The notes: generated by a model from the sequence alone, not told the origin. Shown: positions 9,292 to 18,750, numbered from the stretch's first letter. The stretch is DNA of 51,101 nucleotides from Candidatus Melainabacteria bacterium 17Bon1m (GCA_032128875.1 JAVLKG010000020.1:1-51101), one strand, 5' to 3'. Translations and numbers: made by a program.

Positions 9292-9714
9292 TTGAGTTTG
9301 AAATTAGAACGCACCCAAGGGCTTTTAATTTGTTGCGTTTTGTCCCTTTCGACGCTGCTGAGCGCGCAAGTTTCAGCCCAAGCCGGACAGGGGCAATCGG
9401 CGATGATCGTCTTAATCTATGACACCCATTGCAAAACAGCTTGCGATTTGGTCCGCCCGATCATGAAAGAGATTAAGGGCGAGATGAAAGACTGCTTTAC
9501 CTTTGTCGAGCTGAACAGTTCATCCGAAACACTAGCCGAATCTCAAAAGACTGCAAAGGAATTGGGTATTCACGGTTTTCTGGCGGATTATGCGCAATTC
9601 GTTCCGATTGTTGGTGTTTTCACCGCAAAGAAGAAATGCATAAAGGTGATTCAAGGACCTAAAGGCAAGGACGTTTACATGGCTGCCCTTCAAAAGGCAC
9701 TGCAATGCAAATAG
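9292..9714 (+). CDS. Exported thioredoxin-fold protein with a CxxxC motif
   Basis: Signal peptide; VLIYDTHCKTACDLVRP; cis-Pro-like FVPIVGVF; stop overlaps the kinase start. Confidence 0.75.
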   Translation: MSLKLERTQGLLICCVLSLSTLLSAQVSAQAGQGQSAMIVLIYDTHCKTACDLVRPIMKEIKGEMKDCFTFVELNSSSETLAESQKTAKELGIHGFLADYAQFVPIVGVFTAKKKCIKVIQGPKGKDVYMAALQKALQCK

Positions 9715-11621
9715 CCGAGAAAGAGCGCAAGAGATTATCTGTTAGGTTCAAGAAAATTTCCGGCATCGCTGGTGGTATCGTCGCGCTCCTTTCTTTCTTG
9801 GTTGTGCTGGGCTGGTATGTCGATATCGAGCCCTTCAAACATCCTTTTGGCACGAGCGTTTCATTTGGAGTGGCGCTGGTTTACTTTGTCTTGGGCGCCA
9901 TTATCGCATTGGATGCATTCGCTCCAAATTCCAAAGCTCTGAGTATTGGAAAATTGGTTGTGGTGGGACTGCTATCTGTCATGGCGGCAGCCAAGTGTTT
10001 CGAAGGCGTGGTTGGCGCGGACTGGGATTTCTTGAGTATCAATCTTTCTTTCAATTCCGAACGCATGGTACCGCTCGTATATCCTGGCGTGATGACGCCT
10101 GATACAGCATTAGTCCAAGCGCTTGTCGGCATAACATATTTGCTGATGGACTTCTTGCAAAAGGCTCGCGTGCAGATCTGGCAGTGGCTTGCTGTGGCAG
10201 TAATTGCTCTATGCATGGTCCCCGTGTTCGGCTTCATTCTCGGCGACACCAATTTGTGCTCACTCTGGGGTTGTGTGCGAATGCCGGTTGCGTTCGCAAT
10301 CACGTCCATCGGACTGGAATTTGCAATGCTTGCCGCGCGTCCAGAGCGAGGTTTTACCAGCGCTCTTATCGAACCAGACTTGCTCGGTACGGCAATGCGA
10401 CAAAGCTTATTTTCTGCGATGATTTTATTGCCCTTGTTTGCAGAGGCAAAGGCAGTGTTCGTCCACTTTGGCATATTTGACGAAGGACTTGCTAAATCCG
10501 GCTTGGGCATTGCGTTTATGTTCGTCTTTCTCGGCACGGTGATGTATCAGTTTGTCTTTGCATACAAGAGCGAGCAGAATATGCGACGCAACACCGAGCA
10601 ACGGCTGCAAGATCTCTCGTCTCAATTTTCGCAGAGTCAGGCTGAGAACACTTTCGGCTTCAGTGGGAAAGCCTGGCGTATAGCCAAATGCGCGAAGTGT
10701 GAGAAAGAATTCGAATCTAACACGAGATTGTGTCCTTACGACGACAGACCGCTCGATATCCACGACGCATTGATAGGGCAGGTGCTCGAAGGGAAGTACA
10801 AGGTGCTCGATTTTCTCGGCAGAGGCGGCATGAGCACAGTCTATAAAGTCGAGCATCTATTACTAAGCAAAGTGCTGGCAATCAAATTTTTGCAATTGCA
10901 ATTTGTCTCGAAAGGCGAAAGTGTCTTGCGCTTTCAGCGAGAAGGAAAAGCGATGGCGCGCCTGCAGCACCCCAATTTGTGCACTGTGACTGAATGCAGC
11001 ATTATCGAAGGTGTTCCGTACCTCATAATGGAATTCCTACAAGGTGTCTCGCTCGACGATATTTTGAAGGAGGAAAAACGTCTCTCAGCTCGTCGAACAG
11101 TCGAGATTATGCTGCAAGTTGCTGATGGTTTGCAGCACGCTCACGACGAGAGTATTGTGCATCGCGACATCAAGCCGAGCAACATCATGATGACGCCGCT
11201 GGATGATGGTGGTGAGTTTGCCAAAGTAGTTGACTTTGGTCTGGCTCGCATTATGGACAGCGATGATCAAAAGCTGTCGCAAACGGGAGAAGCATTCGGC
11301 AGCCCCCTGTACATGAGCCCGGAGCAATGTCTTGGAAATGCTATCGATGCGCGAACAGACATCTACGGTTTGGGTTGCGTTATCTACGAATGCATTTCCG
11401 GCAACGTCCCTTTCCGTGGAAAGACATTCATGGAGACATTCAACCTGCACATTAGCGGAGAGCTGAAGCCATTCGCTAAGGGATTGGATGTGCCACCTGA
11501 GCTTTCGCAATTGGTCGAGCGTATGCTGGCTAAAGACCCCATTGACCGCCCGTCCTCAATGACTGAAGTGAAGGCAGCACTGACATCAGTGTTGCAGACG
11601 TGGCAGAAGGTTTCACCGTAA
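9705..11621 (+). CDS. Multi-pass membrane Ser/Thr protein kinase
   Basis: About 7 N-terminal TM helices; CAKC...CPYD ribbon; GRGGMS, AIK, HRDIKPSN, DFG, YMSPEQ. Confidence 0.95.
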   Translation: MQIAEKERKRLSVRFKKISGIAGGIVALLSFLVVLGWYVDIEPFKHPFGTSVSFGVALVYFVLGAIIALDAFAPNSKALSIGKLVVVGLLSVMAAAKCFEGVVGADWDFLSINLSFNSERMVPLVYPGVMTPDTALVQALVGITYLLMDFLQKARVQIWQWLAVAVIALCMVPVFGFILGDTNLCSLWGCVRMPVAFAITSIGLEFAMLAARPERGFTSALIEPDLLGTAMRQSLFSAMILLPLFAEAKAVFVHFGIFDEGLAKSGLGIAFMFVFLGTVMYQFVFAYKSEQNMRRNTEQRLQDLSSQFSQSQAENTFGFSGKAWRIAKCAKCEKEFESNTRLCPYDDRPLDIHDALIGQVLEGKYKVLDFLGRGGMSTVYKVEHLLLSKVLAIKFLQLQFVSKGESVLRFQREGKAMARLQHPNLCTVTECSIIEGVPYLIMEFLQGVSLDDILKEEKRLSARRTVEIMLQVADGLQHAHDESIVHRDIKPSNIMMTPLDDGGEFAKVVDFGLARIMDSDDQKLSQTGEAFGSPLYMSPEQCLGNAIDARTDIYGLGCVIYECISGNVPFRGKTFMETFNLHISGELKPFAKGLDVPPELSQLVERMLAKDPIDRPSSMTEVKAALTSVLQTWQKVSP

Positions 11622-11625
11622 AAGC

Positions 11626-11708
11626 GTGGGGGCGCGTTGCACGCGCCCGGGCGGAGCGTCTTCCTGGCGGCTTTGGAATCTGAAATGCCGGCGGGAAGCC
11701 GATGCTCC
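11626..11708. repeat. REP-like cluster (GTGG palindrome plus a GCCGGC...GCTCC element)
   Basis: GTGG-GGGCGCGT-TGC-ACGCGCCC at 11626-11648; GCCGGCGGGAAGCCGATGCTCC at 11687-11708. Confidence 0.7.
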
Positions 11709-11749
11709 GGCAAGCTTTTGTGCCTGCTGGAAGGCGGCACATAAGCCGA

Positions 11750-12982
11750 TCAAAACGTTCTGATGTATCTCATCGACAAGGCGACCGGCGCTACTAATCC
11801 CATCTGCCGTCTGAAATTGACGGGCGCAGGCGTCGGAATGCCGTTGACCGGCGGACCCGGAAGACCAGGCAAAAGTGATTGACTTGGATTGATGTGCTGG
11901 GCAAATGTAATCGGAACATCAACAAGGAATATGTCGCGTCCTTTCACCCACACAAGACCGGGGCCGACAGACATTGTATAGCCGGACTGGCGAAATCCGC
12001 TATTGCCGCCAATTAAGTCACGTGCTGCCAGACCTTCCCAATTGTAAGTACAGCGAACTCGCAGCCCCTTCAACTTCGGCTTATCCCAGACGCCAGGTGG
12101 TCTCCAGTTAATGCCCGCCTGAAGGTTGTACGTGTCTGCGACAGAGTTTGTCAGCACATTTGAAAAGTTTGGTGTCAGCGGAACGCCGAGACTTGCCACC
12201 ATGGATGGTGTTCCATTTTGATTGCGCGGATTGATCAAATAGTTGCCGGATGTGAAAACAGAAAAGTTCGTCAGGAATCGTGGCTGCAAAAATGACTTGT
12301 AAGCTTGGTACCCAACAAGCACACCAAGACCGCCGTCGCCGGGCATCACAGCAGGTGGATAGACCGGCCGATTTTTGAAATTCTGCCCTGTCTCATCCGG
12401 CAAAAGTCCTTTGTAATTCCAGTTGCCGGTCGGGAATTTTAGCCCAACTCCAAGCGCGACGTTTTCGAACGGATGTTTTTTGCTGTCAAGTAACCACGTA
12501 TTCGAGAAAAGACTGAGATCGCCAACTCCCCGGACTGGTTGGCTCTTGTTTGTCCCTTGATTTGGACCTTTCGGCGGATACAGCATTGAGAAATCGTTGA
12601 AAACAATCGGCAATGACGCCTGAATGCTCGTGCGACGATTTAGCGAATAGCCAGCCGTAACATCCATGACACTGAGCTTTTCATGCGGATTCCAGAGCCT
12701 TGTAAAGTCCTTGTTTACCCGCGAGTCGAAGTAAGACTTGTTCGCCTCTGCAACGCGCCAGCCTACTGAAAGTTGAAACTTACCGCCATGGGTGCTCAGA
12801 CCGGGCACCAAACTTCTCGACGCCGCTCAGCCCTGTGCGATGGCGAACGGCGCTGACGCCATTTGAAACAGGAAGGCCAAAGCCGACAGTCTCAGCAGGT
12901 TATCCAGATGACATCTGTCCCTGCGCCAAAACGACCATCGCCAAATGGTTACTTTTGCACCGGTTGTGTTTTTAGAAAACAC
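11750..12982 (-). CDS. Outer-membrane beta-barrel transporter (MetA-pathway/phenol-degradation-like family); candidate selenoprotein with an in-frame UGA at 12827-12829
   Basis: Barrel motifs GVGDLSL, GVGLKFPTG, PGDGGLG, GNYLINP, DLIGGNSGFR and a terminal F. The upstream ORF is in the same frame and encodes a signal peptide ending AIAQG-TGA-AASRSLVPG. Start uncertain (GTG 12982; frame open to 13021). Confidence 0.85.
12791..12809 (-). promoter_or_regulatory. Putative bacterial SECIS element
   Basis: GGUGC-CCGGUCUGA-GCACC hairpin beginning 17 nt after the UGA; shares the GGUCUG core and GCACC 3' arm with the E. coli fdhF SECIS. Confidence 0.7.
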
Positions 12983-13087
12983 GATTGCAGAACGCGTTAA
13001 AGGACAACCCCAGAAATACACTCAGTATTGAGGAAACTCTAACACGGGTAGGCTTTCGTAGAGCCCAAAGAGCTGTTTATTAACCTA

Positions 13088-14752
13088 CTATTTTTCTTTC
13101 TTGAGAATCATGCTCTTGCCGCGATTTTTTGCTGTTTGAAGAACCTGGCGAGTAGCGGCGAACCAGGTATTGAGATTCATGTCTTGTTGAAACTCGGCTA
13201 TGCCACCACTAACAGTGGCGCTGATCATGCCCATCGGTGTTTCGAACTGACGGCGTTCGAATTCTTCTTTCAATAGATTTGCAATTTGCACGAGTTCGTA
13301 TTCAGTCAATGAGTCAACTAGAATGGCGAACTTGTCGCCTGCGATTCTGCCCGTAATTCCGTAGCTTCGAATAGTTTCTTTGATAACGTTGGAAAGCTCG
13401 TTGACGACTCTTTCTCCGGTGCCGTAGCCGTAGTTTTCGTTTATGGCTCCGAAATTGTCTATATCGAGCATGAGCATATAGAGCACACCCGCTCTTTCAT
13501 TTTCAGTCATGCGCTTGGCTGTGTTCATGAACTCAGCATGAGTCAAAGCACCAGTCAACCCATCGCGGCCGATCATGTCCTTGAGCGTTTGATAGCGCTC
13601 CAGCCTTCCCGCAATTGTTGCTACAAGAAGCTGTGGCGGTGCAGGTTTGATCAAGTAGTCGTCGCCGTGCTTTGCACCTTCGACGTGGAATTGCAATTGG
13701 TTTTCAGTGGTCAAAAAGATGATCGGCGTGGTGTTATATTTCTCTTGCTGTCGAACAATTGTCGCCAGTTCAAACCCGGTGACATCTCCCAGGTTGACGT
13801 CCAAGATCAAGATGTCTGGCTGTGCTTCGACCAATGCGTCTTCAAACTGTGAAGCGTCTGTCAGAGCGAAAGGAATGAATCCGGCAGCATCGAGAAAGGA
13901 ATAAAGTCCGGATGCTTGTATCGGATCGTCTTCGACAATGAGCACGCGATGGCGCTTTGGTTTGTTCTTCTCAAGCAGCTTCTTGAGACGGTTTACGATG
14001 ACTTTCGGATCGTCGGTCGAATTGAAGACGCCGTCGCCGCCACCGCGAATCGCTTGCACTTTGTCTTTGAAATTACTCTTGGCGCTGATAAAAATAATCG
14101 GCACGGTCGCCATACTTGTGCGTTGCGAGCGAATGTTTCTTGCCAGTTCAAAAGCGGGCTGCGGGTTGTCAGGGCAAACAATCACAAACGCGTCGTATTT
14201 GATTTTGAGCAGGTTTTGCGGGGTGACATCCTTGCCCTCCATCTCGTCTACAAGGAAATCTGATTTTTCGATCGCGTCGAACAACGGAGCGGCGAAGCTG
14301 CGATTGTCGCTCCGGCTCAAACCGACGACCAAAACGCGACTTTGCATCGGCGGTGCCGCCGGGCGCGGTGCCTGGTCGGCAGGCGTAATCGACCCCTCGC
14401 CACCCATCGTTGTGAGCATGGCGGCGTTATCAATCGTGGCGGACAGCTTCAGAATGATCATCTTCAGCTTGTTGATTTCTTCTGAATATCCTGGCGTCGC
14501 TTTCTTCTTCGCGAGCGACAGCGCAACTTCCTCTGCCTCCAGTGCATGTTGGCAAAAGTCTACAAGGCGAAAAAGCCCTCCAGCACCAGCCATTTGGTGG
14601 AAGTGCTTGATGAGGATATTGACCTGATCCATCGACGGAGCCGCTTGGTTGATCGTCTCCACGATATTCGTAGCTTCATTCAGGCGTGATTGGGTGAGCT
14701 CGATGAACTTGGACTTCTTACCGTCCACCATCGCTTGCTGCCTGCTCTGCAT
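13088..14752 (-). CDS. Hpt-REC-REC-GGDEF signalling protein (degenerate AGDKF motif)
   Basis: HFHQMAGAGG Hpt; atypical first REC; canonical second REC (ILILDVNL); DGLTG, DIDNF, RIAGDKF. Confidence 0.9.
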   Translation of the reverse strand: MQSRQQAMVDGKKSKFIELTQSRLNEATNIVETINQAAPSMDQVNILIKHFHQMAGAGGLFRLVDFCQHALEAEEVALSLAKKKATPGYSEEINKLKMIILKLSATIDNAAMLTTMGGEGSITPADQAPRPAAPPMQSRVLVVGLSRSDNRSFAAPLFDAIEKSDFLVDEMEGKDVTPQNLLKIKYDAFVIVCPDNPQPAFELARNIRSQRTSMATVPIIFISAKSNFKDKVQAIRGGGDGVFNSTDDPKVIVNRLKKLLEKNKPKRHRVLIVEDDPIQASGLYSFLDAAGFIPFALTDASQFEDALVEAQPDILILDVNLGDVTGFELATIVRQQEKYNTTPIIFLTTENQLQFHVEGAKHGDDYLIKPAPPQLLVATIAGRLERYQTLKDMIGRDGLTGALTHAEFMNTAKRMTENERAGVLYMLMLDIDNFGAINENYGYGTGERVVNELSNVIKETIRSYGITGRIAGDKFAILVDSLTEYELVQIANLLKEEFERRQFETPMGMISATVSGGIAEFQQDMNLNTWFAATRQVLQTAKNRGKSMILKKEK

Positions 14753-14767
14753 CCCGGCTCTCCTAAA

Positions 14768-15142
14768 CTACGTCGACGCGTTCGCTGTCGCGCCGCCGGT
14801 CAAACGGTTGACGACAGACAGAAGCTCGTCAATCTCGAATGGCTTTGAGAGGAAGTAATCCGCTCCCAATTCCATCGCGGCTTCTTCGTTTTTCTTCGCG
14901 CCGGTCAAAAACAAGACTTTCGAGGTGCCCTTATCCTCGCGATAGCCTTTCAAAATATCCAGCCCATTCATGTCGGGCAGCATAGAATCAAGCAAAATCA
15001 GGTCATAGTTGTTCGCCCGAATCATCTCGCAGGCTTCGGTGCCCGTTCCGATTCTGTCGGCCGAATGTCCAGTAAAAATCAAACAATCTGCAATGGTTTC
15101 TGCAAGGAATTCATCATCCTCGACGACCAGTATCTTACTCAT
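14768..15142 (-). CDS. Single-domain response regulator receiver
   Basis: ILVVEDD, LILLDSMLP, FLSKPF; alternative TTG start at 15157. Confidence 0.93.
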   Translation of the reverse strand: MSKILVVEDDEFLAETIADCLIFTGHSADRIGTGTEACEMIRANNYDLILLDSMLPDMNGLDILKGYREDKGTSKVLFLTGAKKNEEAAMELGADYFLSKPFEIDELLSVVNRLTGGATANAST

Positions 15143-15339
15143 AGAATCCAACGCCAAAGCTTTAAAGGGTACCTAGTCTCCGTACCCGGTATTTTTAGAG
15201 ATAAAACACGGCGCCTGTGGCGCTTTTGCCAATTATTGAACGAACTCAGGCTGCCGCGTGATGAAGATGCCAGAAGTAGGCATCCGCCGAGCCTTTCCGC
15301 CCTTACCCGCGTCTATGCACTGCGCGACTGACTTCATTG

Positions 15340-15381
15340 CCTGTAAGACCGCTTCTCACCTGTAAGACCGCTTCTCACCTG
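15340..15381. repeat. Perfect 19-bp tandem duplication CTGTAAGACCGCTTCTCAC x2
   Basis: Seen directly in the intergenic region. Confidence 0.9.
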
Positions 15382-15425
15382 ACTGATTCAGCAAATTTCT
15401 GCTGATCTTGCCATTGTGGGGCGGC

Positions 15426-15872
15426 CTAATGGATTTGCTTGCCCATTTCGTAGACAGACTTTTTCGAGTTGTCCATCAAATATTTGACCAGTGACTGAAT
15501 GCTGGAGGGCGCGTGCTCGTATGACCAGCTGAATTTGCGCTTTTGCTTTGGCGTTTCAATCTCTATGGAGGAGAAAGGACCGCCCTCGGTAATCTGATAT
15601 TCGCTATCTTTCGTAGCCAGAATATTGCTAGAGCCGACCAACTTCAGTAGCTTTTCAGCTTCGTCTGCTTTCATCGAGCGTGTATCTAACTTGCAGTCCC
15701 ATCGCTCGAAGTGGCGATAATTGACACCGGAGCCATGAGCGAATTCGATTTTCACCGGACCCTCTTCTGCCGCGCCGGCGCCTAGTGGAAGAAAACTGAG
15801 CAACGCGCCCAAAAAAATAGCGGCTCCGACGAGCCATTGCAGGTTTTCCTTTCTGTTGATGTGCCTAGCCAT
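15426..15872 (-). CDS. Secreted protein, emfourin (protealysin inhibitor)-like
   Basis: Signal peptide; KIEF.H.SG...LDTRSM..DEAEKLLKLV...IEIE...P..IQSLVKYL follows the emfourin pattern as I recall it. Confidence 0.6.
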   Translation of the reverse strand: MARHINRKENLQWLVGAAIFLGALLSFLPLGAGAAEEGPVKIEFAHGSGVNYRHFERWDCKLDTRSMKADEAEKLLKLVGSSNILATKDSEYQITEGGPFSSIEIETPKQKRKFSWSYEHAPSSIQSLVKYLMDNSKKSVYEMGKQIH

Positions 15873-16116
15873 GAGTTAATCTTCCGTGTCGCTGTTTGTT
15901 CGCCATCCTTGGGGATAACTCGCGACTGGCAGCAATTAGGCCGGACTTGTTCCCGGACAGCGATCAGGGTGAACCCCAGTGTGCGGCAGCGCCCATAATC
16001 GTATTCTCTTTGCATCGAGCCCGCCCGCTTCTATGGGCACAAGATAGTGATAACTATCTTCGTACTCCGGTCATCCATACTACTTTTCGTCGATTCTATG
16101 GGGTCTCAAGCATAAG

Positions 16117-17112
16117 ATGTCGATGCACATTGTCGATTCTGAAGACAGCCTGCTCGCAGTTGAAGCGACCGGGCTGATGAAAACCTATCCAGGCAGCGAT
16201 GTTGCCGCGCTCTCTGGAATTTCGCTTTCGGTGAAACAAGGCGAGATCTTCGGTCTAATTGGACCTAACGGTGCAGGTAAAACCACCCTCATCGGCTGCC
16301 TTCTGGGACTTTTGCGTCCTGATTCCGGTACGGTTAAAATCTTCGGCAAACCGGCTGACTCGATAGCGGTGCGTCAAATTACAGGCTATGTGCCAGAACG
16401 CTCCGATTTTGAATATTGGATGACGGCCAGGCAATTTTTGCAATATCACCATGGTCTGGCACGGCGCGAAAAGAGAGATAGAGAGAAAGAAGTGACCGAG
16501 GCTCTGGAAGCGGTCGAGTTGTCGAAGACAGTTTGGAATCGTCGTTTGAAAACATACTCTCGCGGAATGCTTCAGCGATTGAACATCGCACAAATGCTGA
16601 TTGGAAAACCAAAGCTGGCGCTTTTGGATGAACCTACTCTAGGGTTGGATCCGACAGGCGTTACGCTCGTGAGAAACCTTGTGAAGAAGATGCAAGACAG
16701 TGGCATGACGGCGATCGTAAACTCGCACCAATTGGACGAAGTGGAGCGAGTTTGCGATCGTGTTGCATTTATCAAACAAGGAAAAATTGCATCGGTGGAA
16801 GATCTCCATTCCGGCGTAGTGAGCGACTATTTCTTGATGGTGCGCTGGCCAGAGTCGCAGTTAAACGGAAGTTTGAATTCTGTGGTTTCACAAGTCGCCA
16901 GAGAAACAAGCGCTTCAATAGATCAGTGCCACCATGATTGGGGGCGCTTCTCTGTCAAAGACAACAGGATGGCATCGCAATTGATTCGCCGTCTTGTTGA
17001 AAGTGGTTTGCCCGTTGAAGAGGCGATTCCAGAGCGTTCGAAACTGGAAGAATTGTTCACCAACACGAGCTCGTCCGATCAGACCGGTCATGGAGGCATC
17101 AACAATGAATAG
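16117..17112 (+). CDS. ABC transporter ATP-binding protein (ABC-2 exporter type)
   Basis: GPNGAGKT, YSRGMLQR, LLDEPT, NSH. Confidence 0.96.
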   Translation: MSMHIVDSEDSLLAVEATGLMKTYPGSDVAALSGISLSVKQGEIFGLIGPNGAGKTTLIGCLLGLLRPDSGTVKIFGKPADSIAVRQITGYVPERSDFEYWMTARQFLQYHHGLARREKRDREKEVTEALEAVELSKTVWNRRLKTYSRGMLQRLNIAQMLIGKPKLALLDEPTLGLDPTGVTLVRNLVKKMQDSGMTAIVNSHQLDEVERVCDRVAFIKQGKIASVEDLHSGVVSDYFLMVRWPESQLNGSLNSVVSQVARETSASIDQCHHDWGRFSVKDNRMASQLIRRLVESGLPVEEAIPERSKLEELFTNTSSSDQTGHGGINNE

Positions 17113-17899
17113 CACCATTATTCGCTTCACCGCTATGTCTGCGTGCCTTGACCCGATGAAGCTTTTGTACGTCATCTTGCTCGGCTTCGTGATGCCTGTC
17201 GGAATGAAAATCGCGTCTATGTTGCACGGAGCCTCTGATTCACAAACATTCGAAATGCTCACCGGCAAAGTCGGTGTCGCTTTTGTGCTTATGGTCTTGT
17301 GTCTTGGATTGGCCGGCAACACAGCCACTCAATCGGGACGTGGTGGCGAATATCTACCGTTGATATTTACACGTCCGATTTCGCGGTGCGAATATGTGCT
17401 TAGTAAGTGGGTGACGATAACGCTTATTGGCGGCGGTTTTGCCGCTTTGCAAAACCTCGTTATTGCCGCAATTGGATTGCACTTTGGAGAAACAATCACA
17501 GCCCAGGCTTTGATAAGCATGGTGTTAGAACGATTTATGGATGCTGCACTGATTTCAGCCGCAATGATATTGACTATGCTCAATCGCAATCCCGCCTTTC
17601 AAATTGTAGCCGTACTGTCGTTTTACATCTGGTTGGCGGGTCAGACGATTCCTCCTGTGAGCGTTGCAACCGGTGGAAAGGCGCTCGAAGATTTGTCGAT
17701 TGAGACGACAAAATTCATGCTCAACATGTCTCAGTACATCGCAGATTTTATTTTGCCAACGGTCAATGTGTATGACTTGATTAGTAACCCGGCAACAGCG
17801 ACAGGAGCGCTGATCGCCTACCTAGCCGCTTTGTCCGTCTACCTTCTCTTTGCGGTCAACGTCACCAACAAACGCGAATTCTTCTACGGAACCAATTGA
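17105..17899 (+). CDS. ABC-2 type permease
   Basis: About 6 TM helices; LIFTRPISR.EYVLSKW motif; ATG overlaps the ATPase stop. Confidence 0.9.
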   Translation: MNSTIIRFTAMSACLDPMKLLYVILLGFVMPVGMKIASMLHGASDSQTFEMLTGKVGVAFVLMVLCLGLAGNTATQSGRGGEYLPLIFTRPISRCEYVLSKWVTITLIGGGFAALQNLVIAAIGLHFGETITAQALISMVLERFMDAALISAAMILTMLNRNPAFQIVAVLSFYIWLAGQTIPPVSVATGGKALEDLSIETTKFMLNMSQYIADFILPTVNVYDLISNPATATGALIAYLAALSVYLLFAVNVTNKREFFYGTN

Positions 17900-17904
17900 A
17901 GCTC

Positions 17905-18010
17905 GTGGGGGCGTGTTGCACACGCCCGAATCTGAAAACTATAAGCGTGGGGGCGTGTTGCATGCGCCCGAATTAAAAAACTGTATTAGCCGGCGAGCCG
18001 CCGGCGCTCC
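17905..18010. repeat. REP-like cluster: two tandem GTGG palindromes plus a GCCGGC...GCTCC element
   Basis: GTGGGGGCGTGTTGCACACGCCC at 17905-17927; variant at 17947-17969; GCCGGCGAGCCGCCGGCGCTCC at 17989-18010. Confidence 0.8.
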
Positions 18011-18021
18011 CAGGGGAAACC

Positions 18022-18693
18022 ATGATGGATTCTAAATCTGAAAGATCAGTTTCATACATGCCGAAGTGGCTGGTTGCTGCTGCTGTGCTGTTCGTTGTTC
18101 TCCGTATTGGAGATGTGGTTCTCAGTCGAGTGCAACCAAATAAGATGCCCACTAAACCTGCGAATGGAATTGCCTGGACACAAATTCCGAGTCGTGACCA
18201 GTTGGTTGCCGAAGCAAAACGATTGGCATCTACGCCCGCAAAACCAGTGCAGGAGTTAAACCCGCAGAGCCAAGAACAACTTCAAAAATTGCTTGCCGAC
18301 GCTAAGTCCAGCAATAAGCTCTTGCTGCTTGAGTTTTATGCAGACTGGTCCGATCCTTGTAAGAAAATGGAAGCGACTTCCATGAGTAACTCTCAGGTTT
18401 CCCAACTCGTGGATGACCGTTTCATGCCAGTTCGAATCAACGATACGCAAAAGCAATTTGGTGTCAATGCGCGCTTTGTCGCCGACTTACAGAAGCGATA
18501 TCGGGTCTTTGCTTTTCCTACGTTGATCATAGTCGGTGAGGACGAAAGCCCCGTTGCTAGCTTAATTGGTAATTGTTCGTCTCTTACCACTTATCGCTTC
18601 TTGAGCCGCGCGCTTGCAACCGTGACCGCTGTACGGAATGGTTTCAGCCCAACGCTAACTTCGCAGACGTTCTCCCACACATCCAAACTTTGA
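18022..18693 (+). CDS. Membrane-anchored thioredoxin-family protein (SxxC)
   Basis: N-terminal TM; LLEFYADWSDPCKKM; YRVFAFPTLII. Confidence 0.85.
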   Translation: MMDSKSERSVSYMPKWLVAAAVLFVVLRIGDVVLSRVQPNKMPTKPANGIAWTQIPSRDQLVAEAKRLASTPAKPVQELNPQSQEQLQKLLADAKSSNKLLLLEFYADWSDPCKKMEATSMSNSQVSQLVDDRFMPVRINDTQKQFGVNARFVADLQKRYRVFAFPTLIIVGEDESPVASLIGNCSSLTTYRFLSRALATVTAVRNGFSPTLTSQTFSHTSKL

Positions 18694-18723
18694 CCTGCCA
18701 GGCGGCGCATGCCTGTGCAGGTC
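18692..18723. terminator. GC-rich hairpin between convergent genes
   Basis: GACCTGC-CAGGC...GCCTG-T-GCAGGTC; no clear U tract. Confidence 0.4.
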
Positions 18724-18750
18724 GCGCTCGTGCACGACCACTAATTCCTC

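Noticed and set aside
12827-13021. Separate 64-aa gene
   Set aside because: Better explained as the signal-peptide portion of the downstream barrel in the same frame.
18691-18723. Mini-IS with IS407-like TGACCTGC ends
   Set aside because: Only an 8-bp match that includes the stop codon, with no target duplication; a plain hairpin explains it.
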